63,617 nucleotides of DNA from Mesotaenium endlicherianum (taxonomy: Eukaryota). The first letter of the stretch is position 1. Each line of letters starts with the position of its first letter. Shown piece by piece: positions 13,701 to 25,639 of this stretch. The position numbers were made by a program, and so were the translations under genes. The notes under the pieces are model-generated. The model was given only the letters and a program-made list of their open reading frames with translations, did no database searches and was not told the DNA's origin. Where the stretch lies: positions 11,586-75,202 of the forward strand of contig WELA01002336.1 in the NCBI GenBank assembly GCA_009602735.1. Direction: 5' to 3'.

Positions 13701-14605
13701 TCGTGAGAAGTAGGTCAAAAGACATGTCCTTCGAAATCACAAAATGAAGGACGACACCATCATGATTATATCCATCATCCAATCATCAAGCAGCCAGAAC
13801 CAGGTCCAGAACACCAGGATGAGCATGAATGTCCATGTGCTTTAGATGCTCATGCAAGCACGACAGACAGCATTTGCAACTATGATGCATCCATCCTGAC
13901 TGATCAGTTCTCTTGCGCAACAATCTACATACGACTACAATCTCTGTCGAGCATAGGGATTCCTTCTTGAAATGCAGAACATGTTCCAATGGCTCTCGGA
14001 ATTGTCAAGCAATACATACGAAACACTATAAGGACAAGATTCCGTCCAAATTCTAACATTTCAATTATAGTTCCATACCTCCCGAACTCCTCGCGCGTTG
14101 CTCTTCCTCGCATTAACTTTTTCCGGTTGCATCGTACCTTCGCACTTACATGCTAACCGAACAGTCAAATCTTGAGCTCCGGCTTGGGCTCTCGACATTA
14201 TAAATGTTGATTCTTGAACGAAGAGCTGTTGATTAATGACAGTATACCTCATGATGGTAGCACGATAAGAATACATGGCTGTATACATGGACGACACATA
14301 TGGACTTGATTCTGTTTGATTGGCTAGCTGTTTAAGGAGTTGCCACTTGAACAGGGGTTGTTCTTTTGTTTGCGGGCTTCTGAGTAAAAACCTTCAAAGA
14401 ATCCACCAAAACTTGGAACGACGTCTAATTTTTTTGTCTATTAACATACGTGAGCAACAAAGGAGCGTCTTTGACTGCATGTACTGCCGGCTGTTGATAC
14501 GACATGTAGTGAGTAGCTAGACCGATGCTCCTTCTTTGCGAGAGTTGCAAAGCTGCGAGGTAGATCTTCCCTGCACACCAATTTGGCCACCAGGCTGAGT
14601 GAAAT

Positions 14606-17600
14606 ATGCTGAATGAGATTTCAGAGACGAGCCAGCTAGATGTCAACAGCTTAAGGAAGAGGGAGGGAACTAATGGCGTCTTGTCTACGCATGAGGAAAG
14701 CATGCAGCAGAAAATGGCTGCCAAACTTGAAACTCAAGCTCAAGAGGTTAGTTGTCTCTACACACCTGGATGCATACATATACTAATCAGCAATCAGGAC
14801 TATGACAGAGTTATGCACATCCTAATTAGCAGCCTTCACGTAGTACATTGCACCATTGTATGGCTTTGTGAGAGGAAGACGCATGCTGAATCATTGATTG
14901 GGTAAATTTTTGTCTTTTGACAGATACAAGAGCTCCAGTTGCGTCTTAAGTCTGCACAAGAAGCCTCTGCACCGATAAGAGATCCTGGCTTTCAGCAGCA
15001 GCTGATGGCTGCCTTTGCAGAACGTGATAAGGCTCGCAGGGACCTGGGCAGACTTAAGCAACACCTCCTTGACCTTGTACGTGCATGTCTTACCCATCCA
15101 TTATGATGTCTAATCGTGTAATAAGCAGAAGGTGGTATTTTGCTCATGCTGAAGCTGTCTGCTTCTGCTGCTGAAGCCTTCTGCTGCTTGCTGTCCTTCT
15201 CATGAATTGAGGTGGCTGAGCCTGTTCAATGTGGTTCAATGCATCTATGCCTCCGGGAGATGCAGACGACATTCCTACCGCTACAAATCTTCGTACCGCA
15301 GATTTGTCAAGTGTGTGAAAACTCCACTACTTCTACTCCAACACCCCCTCAAATGCTCGAAAGAGCGTGCGGGGAGGCTGTAACCGTCGCTCGTCATTCT
15401 CGCTCGTCACTTTTTATCTCCCTCCAACCTTCTACTTTATAAAGTTTAAAACCTTGTCTACAGTGCAAATACAATATGAGGTGGCCTGCATCGAGGTGGA
15501 GGCATGCATGAGGGAGTGTACATGTATCTCAAACGACACAAGCAGCAATCAGAGCCAAGTTGACATGTTGTGCGCAGCTTTGGTTTATCATCCCAGGACA
15601 GCAGTACGCCCCTCTCCCTGCCTGACATTTCTTATCTGCAGCCCATGCTGAAAGCACCGTAATATGCTACCAAGTCCAACAGCTTTGATGGCTTATTTCA
15701 ACCCCATCCTGCTCACCCTCCCCCCCATATCTGTTTCTTTCCCTTCCTTTGCCTCTTGCTTGTGGCCATGCCTGTGGCGGGTCTGCCCAAACTTGCAGGA
15801 GTCCGCAGAGGCGGACAAGATGGAGGCGGAGAACGAGCGCCTCATTGAGCTCGAGAGCACAGTGCGCAGGCTTACCTCGCAGAACGCATCCCTGCAGGCC
15901 TCCCTGGCAAAGGCGCAGGCAGAGGCAGCTGCCGCCCAGAGCGCGGTGGAAGAGGGGGCGCAGATCAGCTGTGAGGAGCTTGAGAGGCTGCGGGAGCAGC
16001 TGGCAGACTGTCAGGCCGCCCTCGAGTCCAAGGACAAGGAGATCAACAATCTGCAGATTGTGTTGGGGCAGTACTATGCTGAGAGCGAAGCCCAGGTTCT
16101 TCCTTGAGAGCAGCTCTCCCCGCCTCCCTTCTCAGCTCCTTTCTCTCCCCCTCCAAGCTTCCCCCCTCTGTAAACTTTGTCTTCACCTTCCCCCCATCAT
16201 CTTACTGCCTCCCGTCACCTTGAGTCACCTGCACTCATCCCTCCATGAAAATCAGAGCTTCGAAGTCAACCCTCTCGCTGCCTGCTTTCTCTTTCCGGAG
16301 GCATACCCCTATGCTTCCTTACCGACTTGCTCGTTTTCAGGTTGCTGTGCTTGATTTTCCATGTCAGAACATTCATGGATTGTCCTGGTAGAGCGCCACC
16401 ACCTTCCATGCTACGGCCCTGAGAGCTTTGTACTCCCCTCGCTTGGCTCCTTGAGAGCATGCAACTCCCCATGCCTGCCCATTTCGACTCCTGTACTTTC
16501 TGGGGTTTTCGCCCGAGGGAATGTGTCATTGTCGTGAGATATCTATGTGGCGTAATGTCCTTCTTCAGTGTAAGGCTGTTCTGGGTCCTCCTCACAAGTA
16601 GGGGGGAACTGGGGAAGGAGGGTGGGGGGGGGGTGGTGACGGCTTAAGCCCCTGCAACGAGCGGTGTCGAAACCTACTGCAGTAGCAATGTCGGTAGCAA
16701 CCTCTACGCTTGCTGACCAACTACTTCACGTGATCTCCCAGCTATCTCCTGCTTGTCGGGGCTGCAAGGGCGGATGTGTGGCTTGCGTGACCAACGCTTC
16801 CTAGAGGACCGCGCTGCACTCGCACACCACCCCGAGCATCCTCGGCTCCTTGCTGTCGATTGCAGTCTTTCACCAGGCGTTCTGAAAGAGCCGCTAAGAA
16901 CCTACTGTGACATAGCAGGGCTAGCTAGGGCAAGGCCTGGGTGCCAGGGCTGACGTGGCGATGGTGGGTCGGTGGTGGTGGTGGTGAACGCCGTTGCGTG
17001 GCTCTTAAAAGTCAGTCAGCTGTAGCTCTCAACTCCTTGGCTCTGGCTCTCGGGCTGGCTGGCTCTACTTCTCTTGAACGACTGTCAGTGCTCCTGCTGT
17101 GGCCTCCAGTAGCTTTCAGACACGTATTGATATATGATATTTTATATCCATTATTGGGGGGAGTAGGGTCGGAGGTACACTCATGGCGGGCAATAGTGGG
17201 GGCCAGAGGGGGGGGTAAGGGGTAAGGCGGCAGCTCAAATAATCTGCAAGACTGAGAATTTCTAGTCTAGTTGGATACAAAGAGAGAAACAGGTGAAAAC
17301 TGGACTAGGAGACAACCTGAGGGACCTTGTTGTGGAACAACCCGCACAACCCTTTGAAAAATCACTGTCTTGGAGTCGCCCCTGTACATATCACACGCCA
17401 TCCTCTTTATGGCTCTGGGATGCTGCATTCCTCAATAGTGATACGCCAGCTGGAGCAACAAAAGAGCCTGCCACAAGTAGGAGTATAGCCCAAGGTGCTG
17501 GCTCCCCTCCCCACAACTAGCAGCTCAGCCACTGTTAAAGCACCGCAAGGAATCACACCAAGAGATTTTTGTCAGCCCCATCCATGCCCTGACGCCCGGG

Positions 17601-20600
17601 ATGGTCCCAGGGCATCACTCTATCCCCGTCTCTCTCTCTTTTTATTTTCCTCCCTTTGTTCTCTCCCTCGCACACGCATACACCAAGCAGAGACTTGCAT
17701 ACTCACACACACACTCTCCCTCTCTTTCTCTGTGGGCTCAGGATCGGCTGCGGAGTGAGCTGCACTCTGCTAGGGAACAAGCGCACAGGCTCGCAGATGA
17801 TATTCAGGTTCATCACGGCAGCCCCCCTTTGCACGTTCAGTCTTTGCCTCTCCTCCATTTCCGCCCCTGCCTCTGCCACTACTACGGCCACTGCCACGGC
17901 CTTAGTGACCTCTATTTCCACCTCTCGCATGTTCATCGTGGTCACGTTTGACACGTGTTGTTTTAAATTGTGCGTTCTCTCTGGAGCTCTGTGGCTGATT
18001 GCCCACTGTGCTGGGCATCTGTGCTGGCCCCCCTCTTGCCACCTTCACTGATAGAATGTGGCGTTTCCCATGAGCCTAGGCTGTCACCGACTTGCCCGCC
18101 CTTTAATCTCAATGTAGCCCTTTGCACACCCTAGTGATCAAACTTGCGGGGCACTCTGTGGAGCGTCCCTTATCCTAGCAGCGTTGCCTCCATCACGAAG
18201 TGAACGGCCTCGCTGAATTTTCTGCTTCTGTCCCTTGATCTTCCGTCCCCGCCCATTGCCTCCACACTCAGTCAAGGCCGCACCTTTTCTGGCTAAGATC
18301 AAAGGGGGGTCTGGGCAAGCGAAAGCTACGGGCTGTTTTTTGTTCTCAATTCTGGACCTATCGTACTGGCAACGGCGCGGTTGTTCGCGACAAGTGAGGC
18401 AGACTGTTCCCGACTCCCAGAGTCTCTCTCACTCCCCGTCCCTTTCCCCCTCCCTCTCCCTCTCTCTTGCCAGCTTGTCAGTCCCTGCTGCCAGTCTCCG
18501 CTGGGACCCGGCATCTGAAGCCGCAAGGCAGTGCCTCCCACAGCCCCAGCTCCTTCAGTCACGCCTCCTTCAAGGACCTGGAAGCCGTCTTCCCCATGTC
18601 TCTCATCTCATGTCTTCTCATACGGTGCACTTGTTCTGATCCTTCTTGCTGGCAACGTCTCGCCTGCAGGCGACGCAGGCGAGGCTGGAGGAGGCGCATG
18701 CGCAGAGGGAGGCGGCCATGGCCAGGGGCGCGGCGGCCGAGCAGAAGCTGGCGGAGGCGCAGCAGCGGATGGTCAGGGGGCAGGAGGAGGGGATCATGCT
18801 GAGGCGCGCTCTGGAGCAGAGCATGGTGCGCCTCAACCGCATGTCCACTGACTCCGACTTCTACATCGACAGGTGCGCCGCCGCCGTCCACGCAGGGTCG
18901 CCTGCTCTTTGGTTGTGGCTGTGTGCTCCAACGCTGTCCGAAAGAAACAAGTAGGTCTGTGCGTAGTCTTACGCATGCATGTATATGTGTGTCTGTGTCT
19001 ACGTCGATGTGTTGCGTGCGCACTATGAAAGTATTTATCCCGTTTGCTCTTGTGTCTTTACCTCTTGTAGCTGTCTGCCATTTTGCAGCAGGAGGTGCTG
19101 GCACATTACTGAGTTGCATGTCTATCCCTGATGGACGGACTTATGCACTAAGAGAAGCTGTGTGCAAATGGATTAGCATCCAGAAAGCGACTCCACTTGT
19201 CGAGGAGGTCAATCATAGGGGCCCTGGCAGTGCAGGAGGAGCTCGGCGTGCTAAGATGTTGGCACACCACGTGGTGTGTCTGTGAGAGAGAGAGAGAGAG
19301 AGAGAGGGAGAGGAATAGGGAGAGACTGACGGGGCTGGGCATGTGTGCGCTGACAGAAGAATGTGCTCCTCTTTCCGCGACTTGAGTGCTGCTGGCACAA
19401 GCCGGGCGCGTGTGCCACGGTGTGCAGGCCCTCACTGCGCCAAAATTGCCTGCTAGCTCGGGGCCCTCGAGAGGCTCCCAATGTTTCTGTGGTGCTTTTG
19501 AGGCGCCTTGGAGCACTGTTTTCCCCCAAATTTCGGGTTAGGGTTAGGGACACATGTCGTGGCTAAATCCTTGTGGCAAAGAAGAGGTGAGAGGTAAAAG
19601 GTGAGTGCTGGGCTCTCATCTGCTGCTGTTGTTGTTGCTGGAAAACTGACGTGGACGTGCTCGGCTGTGCGTGTGTGAGCAGGCGGATTGTGATCAAGCT
19701 GCTGGTGACGTACTTTGAGAAGAACTTCAGCAAAGAGGTGTGAGAGCTCCCCTCCCCCTCAGTCTTGATCTCCCGTAATTTACCTTTATCTCTCATCCTT
19801 TTTGCCACCAAGCCTTTTCCTCCCCCTCCTCCTTTAATAACTACAACTACTGCTACTTTGTTGTGATTAACAACAGACCGTTACATTGGAAACATCTAAA
19901 ACACCATGCAATTTTCCTTTTTGCTCCGCATGCATATTGCTTCGATTCCCGTGTCTGATTTCTAGCGTCTTGGCACACGCTTCGGCAATTTGTTCCCGTA
20001 CCTCTTAACCAGCACACCTTCTCGTAGTCTCTCCTTCTTTTACTTCAGGTGGCTTTTGACTTCTCTTCTTCATTTGCATCTTATGGCTGACAGCATGTCA
20101 CATCCAACTACACATGGTGTTCACTCTAGAACCTTCGCTGCAGGCATGCTCCCGTCGTTCTGTTCTTCTCCCGGTGGCCCAGTACACGATGCTGCCTCGG
20201 CCTCTCCTTTCAGTGTTCTCTCTTTGTGGCCTTGCAAATGTGTTGCATGTTAGTTTCAATTACTGGGCAGTGGCAAAGGGAGTCACAGCATCGCATGTCA
20301 GGCAGCAACGATGATGGCTTTGGAGCGTTGCACTTCACGCGAGCGTTGGCGGTTTGGCGGAACAGATGAAGGGCAGGGCTGTAGCGCAGAGAGAAGAAGG
20401 GGACCATTTCGAGCTCGCGTGGTAGTACTGCTGCAATTTCTTGCGGCTGAAGGCCCGGGCTTGACTTGATTCGTTTCCGCTGTGGCATGCGGCGGCACCC
20501 CTTCGCTTTTCCTTGAGCAGCTGTCTGAGTGCGTGCGGACGTGTGCGCATGTGACTGTGGAAGTGAGGGTTTGCCTCGCGTTGCTGGTGGTTTCTCAATG

Positions 20601-21731
20601 CCTCGTTTCTTGGAAGAGCTTGCAATGGCACCGTACTGCTTAAAAGCACTGACCCCTGAAGTTTATACGGACAAGTGAGGGCGACAAAGAGAACGTGTCC
20701 GGGCGCACAAGCGCGTGCGCGCGTGTGTGGGGGGACCCACGCGCGTGCGTATGGGGCAGAAAGGCATCACAAGGGCTATGCGCTGACGGTGCCACTGCTG
20801 CCACGCCGCTTGTGCTACAGGTGCTGGACCTGATGGCGCGGATGCTGGGGTTCTCAGAGGAGGAGAAGAAGAGGCTGAATGCGGCGTACCAGGGGGCGCG
20901 GGGCGCGGGCGTGGTCCAGGGCGTGCTGGGCATTCCCGGCAAGCTTGTGGGCGGCTTCTTGGGCGGCATGAGCAGCGGCAGCCATGGCGATGACTCCAGT
21001 CCTCCGCTTCCACTGGACGAAAGCATGGTAAGGGAGTGGGACCGAGTGTGTGTGTGTGTGTGTGTGGTTTGAGCAAGTCCTTTCCCGCCACCTGGCGCAA
21101 CAACTCAGGTCTTGGTCCCGCTGCTTTTTCCCGACCCAGGCACTCTCTCAAGTCACAATCCTCCCCATTGTCTCTGTGTGCGCAGTCGTTCAGCAACTTG
21201 TGGATCGACTTCCTCCTTAAAGAGTCGGAAGAACGCGAGCGTCGGGAGAAGGCCGAGCAAGCGCACAAGTCCTCCCCCTCTCCCCTGCCCGCCACTTTTG
21301 GTCAACTTCCATCGTCGCCCTTGTCTCCCCGAACTCCTCGGGTCAACGCCGCGGCCGCCGCCAGTACCACCAGCACCTCCCACTCGAGCCCGCACGCCCC
21401 CTTCTTCACTCCTTCCCACATCGCAAAGTCGGCCGGAAGCTTCTCCCACCATCCTTCGAGGCAAATCTCGGCCGTTAGCCCCATCACGAGCCCAAATTTT
21501 GGGCCCCCTTCTCAACTTTACACTTCCAATGACTCGCCCCCGGTAATACACTCGAATGGTTTTGTTGTTGATGCGAGCGGGGCAAATTCAAGTATGTTCC
21601 AAACGGATTCAGAGTATCAAAGTGGGGGGGAATTCTCGCCCATTGCTCTCACTACCTCCACTCCCCAGCCTCCCTCTCTCATGTCGCCTTACAACCTGCA
21701 AGGCCAAGGCCATGGAAGACATTATACTTAA
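14606..21731 (+). CDS. GC4: Golgin candidate 3/4 (GMAP-210-like coiled-coil golgin with C-terminal GRAB domain), ~555 aa as modelled
   Basis: Exons 14606-14746, 14924-15076, 15799-16095, 17742-17807, 18670-18872, 19683-19737, 20821-21027, 21186-21731 (1668 nt, in frame, all GT-AG). Motifs ERDKARRDLGRLKQHLL, NLQIVLGQYYAESEA, LRRALEQSMVRLNRMS, DRRIVIKLLVTYF..EVLDLMARMLGFSEEEK and SFSNLWIDFLLKESEERERRE match plant GC3/GC4. The start codon is uncertain. Confidence 0.9.
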
Positions 21732-22444
21732 CAAGTTGTTATATTGACAAGCCAAATTACTTCCGTAGCATTTTGAAGTCCTGCTTCCTCATTCATTGTA
21801 GTCCATTTGTAAGTAAGATGCTTGTAGTTGTCCCTGCCTTCCTTCCTTGTGCTCTTAGCGGAAAATTGGTCTCATCAAAGCAGAATTCCAGCAAGAAATG
21901 CTATTCGCATAAATTAGGCTACTTTGTACATAAATTTGACCTCCTGTCTAACTTAAGAAATAACTTTGGCATGTGCAAGGCTTGGAGTTAGGAAACCTCC
22001 TTCGCGGAAATTCATAATGTGATCAACGCAAGAGATACTTTGGACAGGTGCTAAGTGTGATTGTAGGAAACCTCGTCTGGAAGACTAAAATGTAATGACT
22101 TTTGTATGTGTTGGAAGGTAAGCACGCATACCAAGTTCAATCTTGTATATAAATATGGCAAATTAAGTGTTCTTTGCTCTTGCCATCTCTCGCCTCCCTC
22201 TTCATCTCAATGATTAACAAGAACTTAACAAGCAATACAAAAAGTTACAATATATTCTATAGTCTCACAAGTAGCATTGAAGTTTTGGATTTGGGATGGG
22301 ATTGAGAAACTTATGAAAGCGAGCACACATAAATTTGAGAGGTCAAATGATGACATCATTCTGAACAACGGAGTTGATTACACGACTTCAACCGACTTGC
22401 TATATGAAGCCGCGGTTGAGCCAACAAGTCGCATATTTGTTTTA

Positions 22445-22603
22445 CACGTGTGGAGCAAGGAACTTTCCTCCGGCGCAAGGTCCATCTCGAGAAAAGTTCA
22501 CAATGTCGGACCTAGAACTTTCCTGCAACCACGCGTAGTGATGTTGGCGTGTAATGGGCTGGACGTCACCAAATTTGACCTGTTGGACTTGGAACTTTCC
22601 TGT
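22445..22603 (+). promoter_or_regulatory. Three RGAACTTTCC motifs (nGAAnnTTCn, heat-shock-element-like) plus a G-box upstream of the HOL gene
   Basis: GGAACTTTCC at 22459 and 22591, AGAACTTTCC at 22514, CACGTG at 22445; 110-270 bp upstream of the ATG at 22711. Confidence 0.35.
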
Positions 22604-22710
22604 CGTTGCCATTCAAAGCTGGCCAGCTAAGAAAGGCCCTCCTTGATCCAGTACCTGGTGCAGAACTTCATGACTGAAAGTGTACATATACATGTGAAAT
22701 ATCGTGGACA

Positions 22711-24622
22711 ATGGTGGCATCTCTTCTAGCTTGCAGATTGCCTTTCTCGTTTTCATACGGACTGCAGGCTCGTTGTGGTGGGATACAGCGAAACCTGTTG
22801 TGCCAGTCAATAAGATTACGAGAGTATCCAAATCTCCACAGCAAGTTGAACAGTCAAAGTCTTGTTCTGCATAAAGTAACCTGCGGGATTTCTGCAGATC
22901 AAGCAGAGTCCATGACGAGCGTCAGTTCAGTGCAAGAGCAGCTCAAAGAACATCTGGCAGAAGGTACTTTTTGATACTTTTGCAAAGCCGTAATCTCAGC
23001 GCAACCAGAAGTATATTGGAGTTTCGGCAGCTGTAGGCCAGCTCAGGATGTGCAAACTGGCCTGTCTGAGCTGCTGTGGTAGTCCTGTTCATGTATATGC
23101 TCAAGAACCATCATGACTGTGAAGAGTCACATGAGTTAATATACAAATCTGCAACTTGTAACCTACAATTCATATTTCCCAAACGTGCGGCAAGAAGGGC
23201 GATTGCTCTCGGTTGATTTAATGTGAATGCATTGCAAACATGCGTTGGCGCTGGGGTGATAGGGAATGCAACTAACTTTTAGTGGTGATCAACTGGGGAA
23301 GCAGGAGGATGGGAGAAGGCATGGGAGAAGTCAACGACTCCCTGGGACCTAGGTGGCGTCACCCCAGCAATCACAAGCCTGCTAGCTGCAGGCGCAGTGC
23401 CAGATGGCCGCATGCTAGTGCCCGGCTGCGGAACGGTACCTGCTGCTGTCATCCTCAGCTTGGAGCCTTATCACGCTACTCTTGCTCATATAGACGAAGC
23501 CCTTTGTGCGTAGTCGTCTTTGCGTATCCTATGATATTTGAGCTGCAAAGCAGTATACAACATGCATGTCCTTAACATAGACAGTCCTTGTTCAGAACGT
23601 AAGGCAGGCCCCCCAGGACGTGTGCTGTCTTGCACATGTGCATCTCACGCGTAGGTACATGTAGCTTTCCTTCACTAGTCGGCAAAGTTATATTGCCAGT
23701 CTAATGTTATTCAACCAAGAATATGTTGAGTATGTACATATATACTAAAAAAAACAAGCGTATTAATGTGCAGCCCATTGACTGTGAACCCTCCAGGGGT
23801 ATGATGTGCTGGCCTTAGCTTCTCCTTCGCGCCATGTAGTCGGCCTCGACCTGTCAGAGACTGCCGTCAGCCGAGCCAGACAGGTGGGTGAACCGAAGCT
23901 GACCATTGGTAGTTGTCAGTCATCTGTGGGTTTGAAAAGTTGTGGTGATACGTGAATGTTGAATTGGAATGGCTTGGAACTAAATTGCATGTCTCCTTTT
24001 TCGCTTATAAAATCCGAGGCATGCACCCCCCTCTCCCCCCCCCACCCTCCCNNNNNNNNNNNNNNNNNNNNNNNNNNNNNNNNNNNNNNNNNNNNNNNNN
24101 NNNNNNNNNNNNNNNNNNNNNNNNNNNNNNNNNNNNNNNNNNNNNNNNNNNNNNNNNNNNNNNNNNNNNNNNNNNNNNNNNNNNNNNNNNNNNNNNNNNN
24201 NNNNNNNNNNNNNNNNNNNNNNNNNNNNNNNNNNNNNNNNNNNNNNNNNNNNNNNNNNNNNNNNNNNNNNNNNNNNNNNNNNNNNNNNNNNNNNNNNNNN
24301 NNNNNNNNNNNNNNNNNNNNNNNNNNNNNNNNNNNNNNNNNNNNNNNNNNNNNNNNNNNNNNNNNNNNNNNNNNNNNNNNNNNNNNNNNNNNNNNNNNNN
24401 NNNNNNNNNNNNNNNNNNNNNNNNNNNNNNNNNNNNNNNNNNNNNNNNNNNNNNNNNNNNNNNNNNNNNNNNNNNNNNNNNNNNNNNNNNNNNNNNNNNN
24501 NNNNNNNNNNNNNNNNNNNNNNNNNNNNNNNNNNNNNNNNNNNNNNNNNNNNNNNNNNNNNNNNNNNNNNNNNNNNNTCTCTCTCCCTCTCCTTCCCGCT
24601 CTCCCGTCCACCCCCCCGCCCT

Positions 24623-24674
<52 letters not shown>

Positions 24675-25590
24675 GTGTGCGTGTGTGTGTTTGTGTGCCT
24701 GTGTTCTATTCCTGTGCAGCTAACGTTCACTCTGTCTGGTGCTGTTGCAGGCTGCAGAAGGGAAGCCGGGTGCCGAGCACGCAGAATTTGTCAATGGAAA
24801 CTTCTTTGAGTACAGCCCCAGCTCACCCTTCGATGGAGTCTTTGACTACACGTAAGTGGCATCCCTTTGCCCAGTCCTATATGGAAGTGGAAAGCAGAAG
24901 ACTCGTAGCTTTTTTTCTATTGCGTAGATCCTCAACGACAAAAAGCCTCCTGTTACAGAAGTGAAATGTAATAAGTATGGAAGAAGTCATACATAGTTTT
25001 CTGTACCTAGGTAGCCCTTTGTATTCGTTCCCTCACAAACCTTTGCTAATCTGCCCAGTCGGTCCAATCTGACGTGTTGGGTCAATTTGGCGTCCATCAT
25101 TGTACTGGATATTGTAGATTTTCTAATTGAAGGCGCGCCAGGCTAAATCAAAACTTGTAGGCAAATCTCAACCTCCCCCCGAAGCTGAGATCCTGCTTTC
25201 ATCGTCTTGAAGACAGTCTGCAACAGAGGCTCTTGCACCTTCGCCTACCGCCGTGCCTGCAGCTCCCTTCTTCTCTGTCTCCTCCTCCTTCATCTCTTGG
25301 TTCTGTTCTCATTCTATGCATTCATCTGGATGTGTTTAATCCATCTTTTTTTGGGCTCCGTGAGTAAGCCTCTGTGCGACGTGTCCTTTGCGGATGCTCT
25401 CATCACTAACTAGCTGCTGCTCAGGCACCTGCCGCACAAAGGTGGTGTTTCTGCTGGACGCGTTAGTTAGGGTCGCAATTTATGCTGCTTGCTCAAACAG
25501 CACATGCTGTGAAAGTGTGCTCCGAGTAGGTCGGGCACCGCGTGTGCGCGGGCTTGAACGTAGATGCTGGCAGGACTGCACAAGTCTGCA

Positions 25591-25639
<49 letters not shown>

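Noticed and set aside
16370..17240. Compositionally distinct block in golgin intron 3 as a defined transposon
   Set aside because: No TIR, LTR, TSD or coding motif could be identified by eye.
19535..19549. Telomeric repeat GGGTTAGGGTTAGGG
   Set aside because: Only about 2.5 units inside an intron; too short to call interstitial telomere.
23916..24809. Long ORFs spanning N gaps (also 29071-30129 and 38498-39715)
   Set aside because: Artefacts of N runs and microsatellites inside introns.
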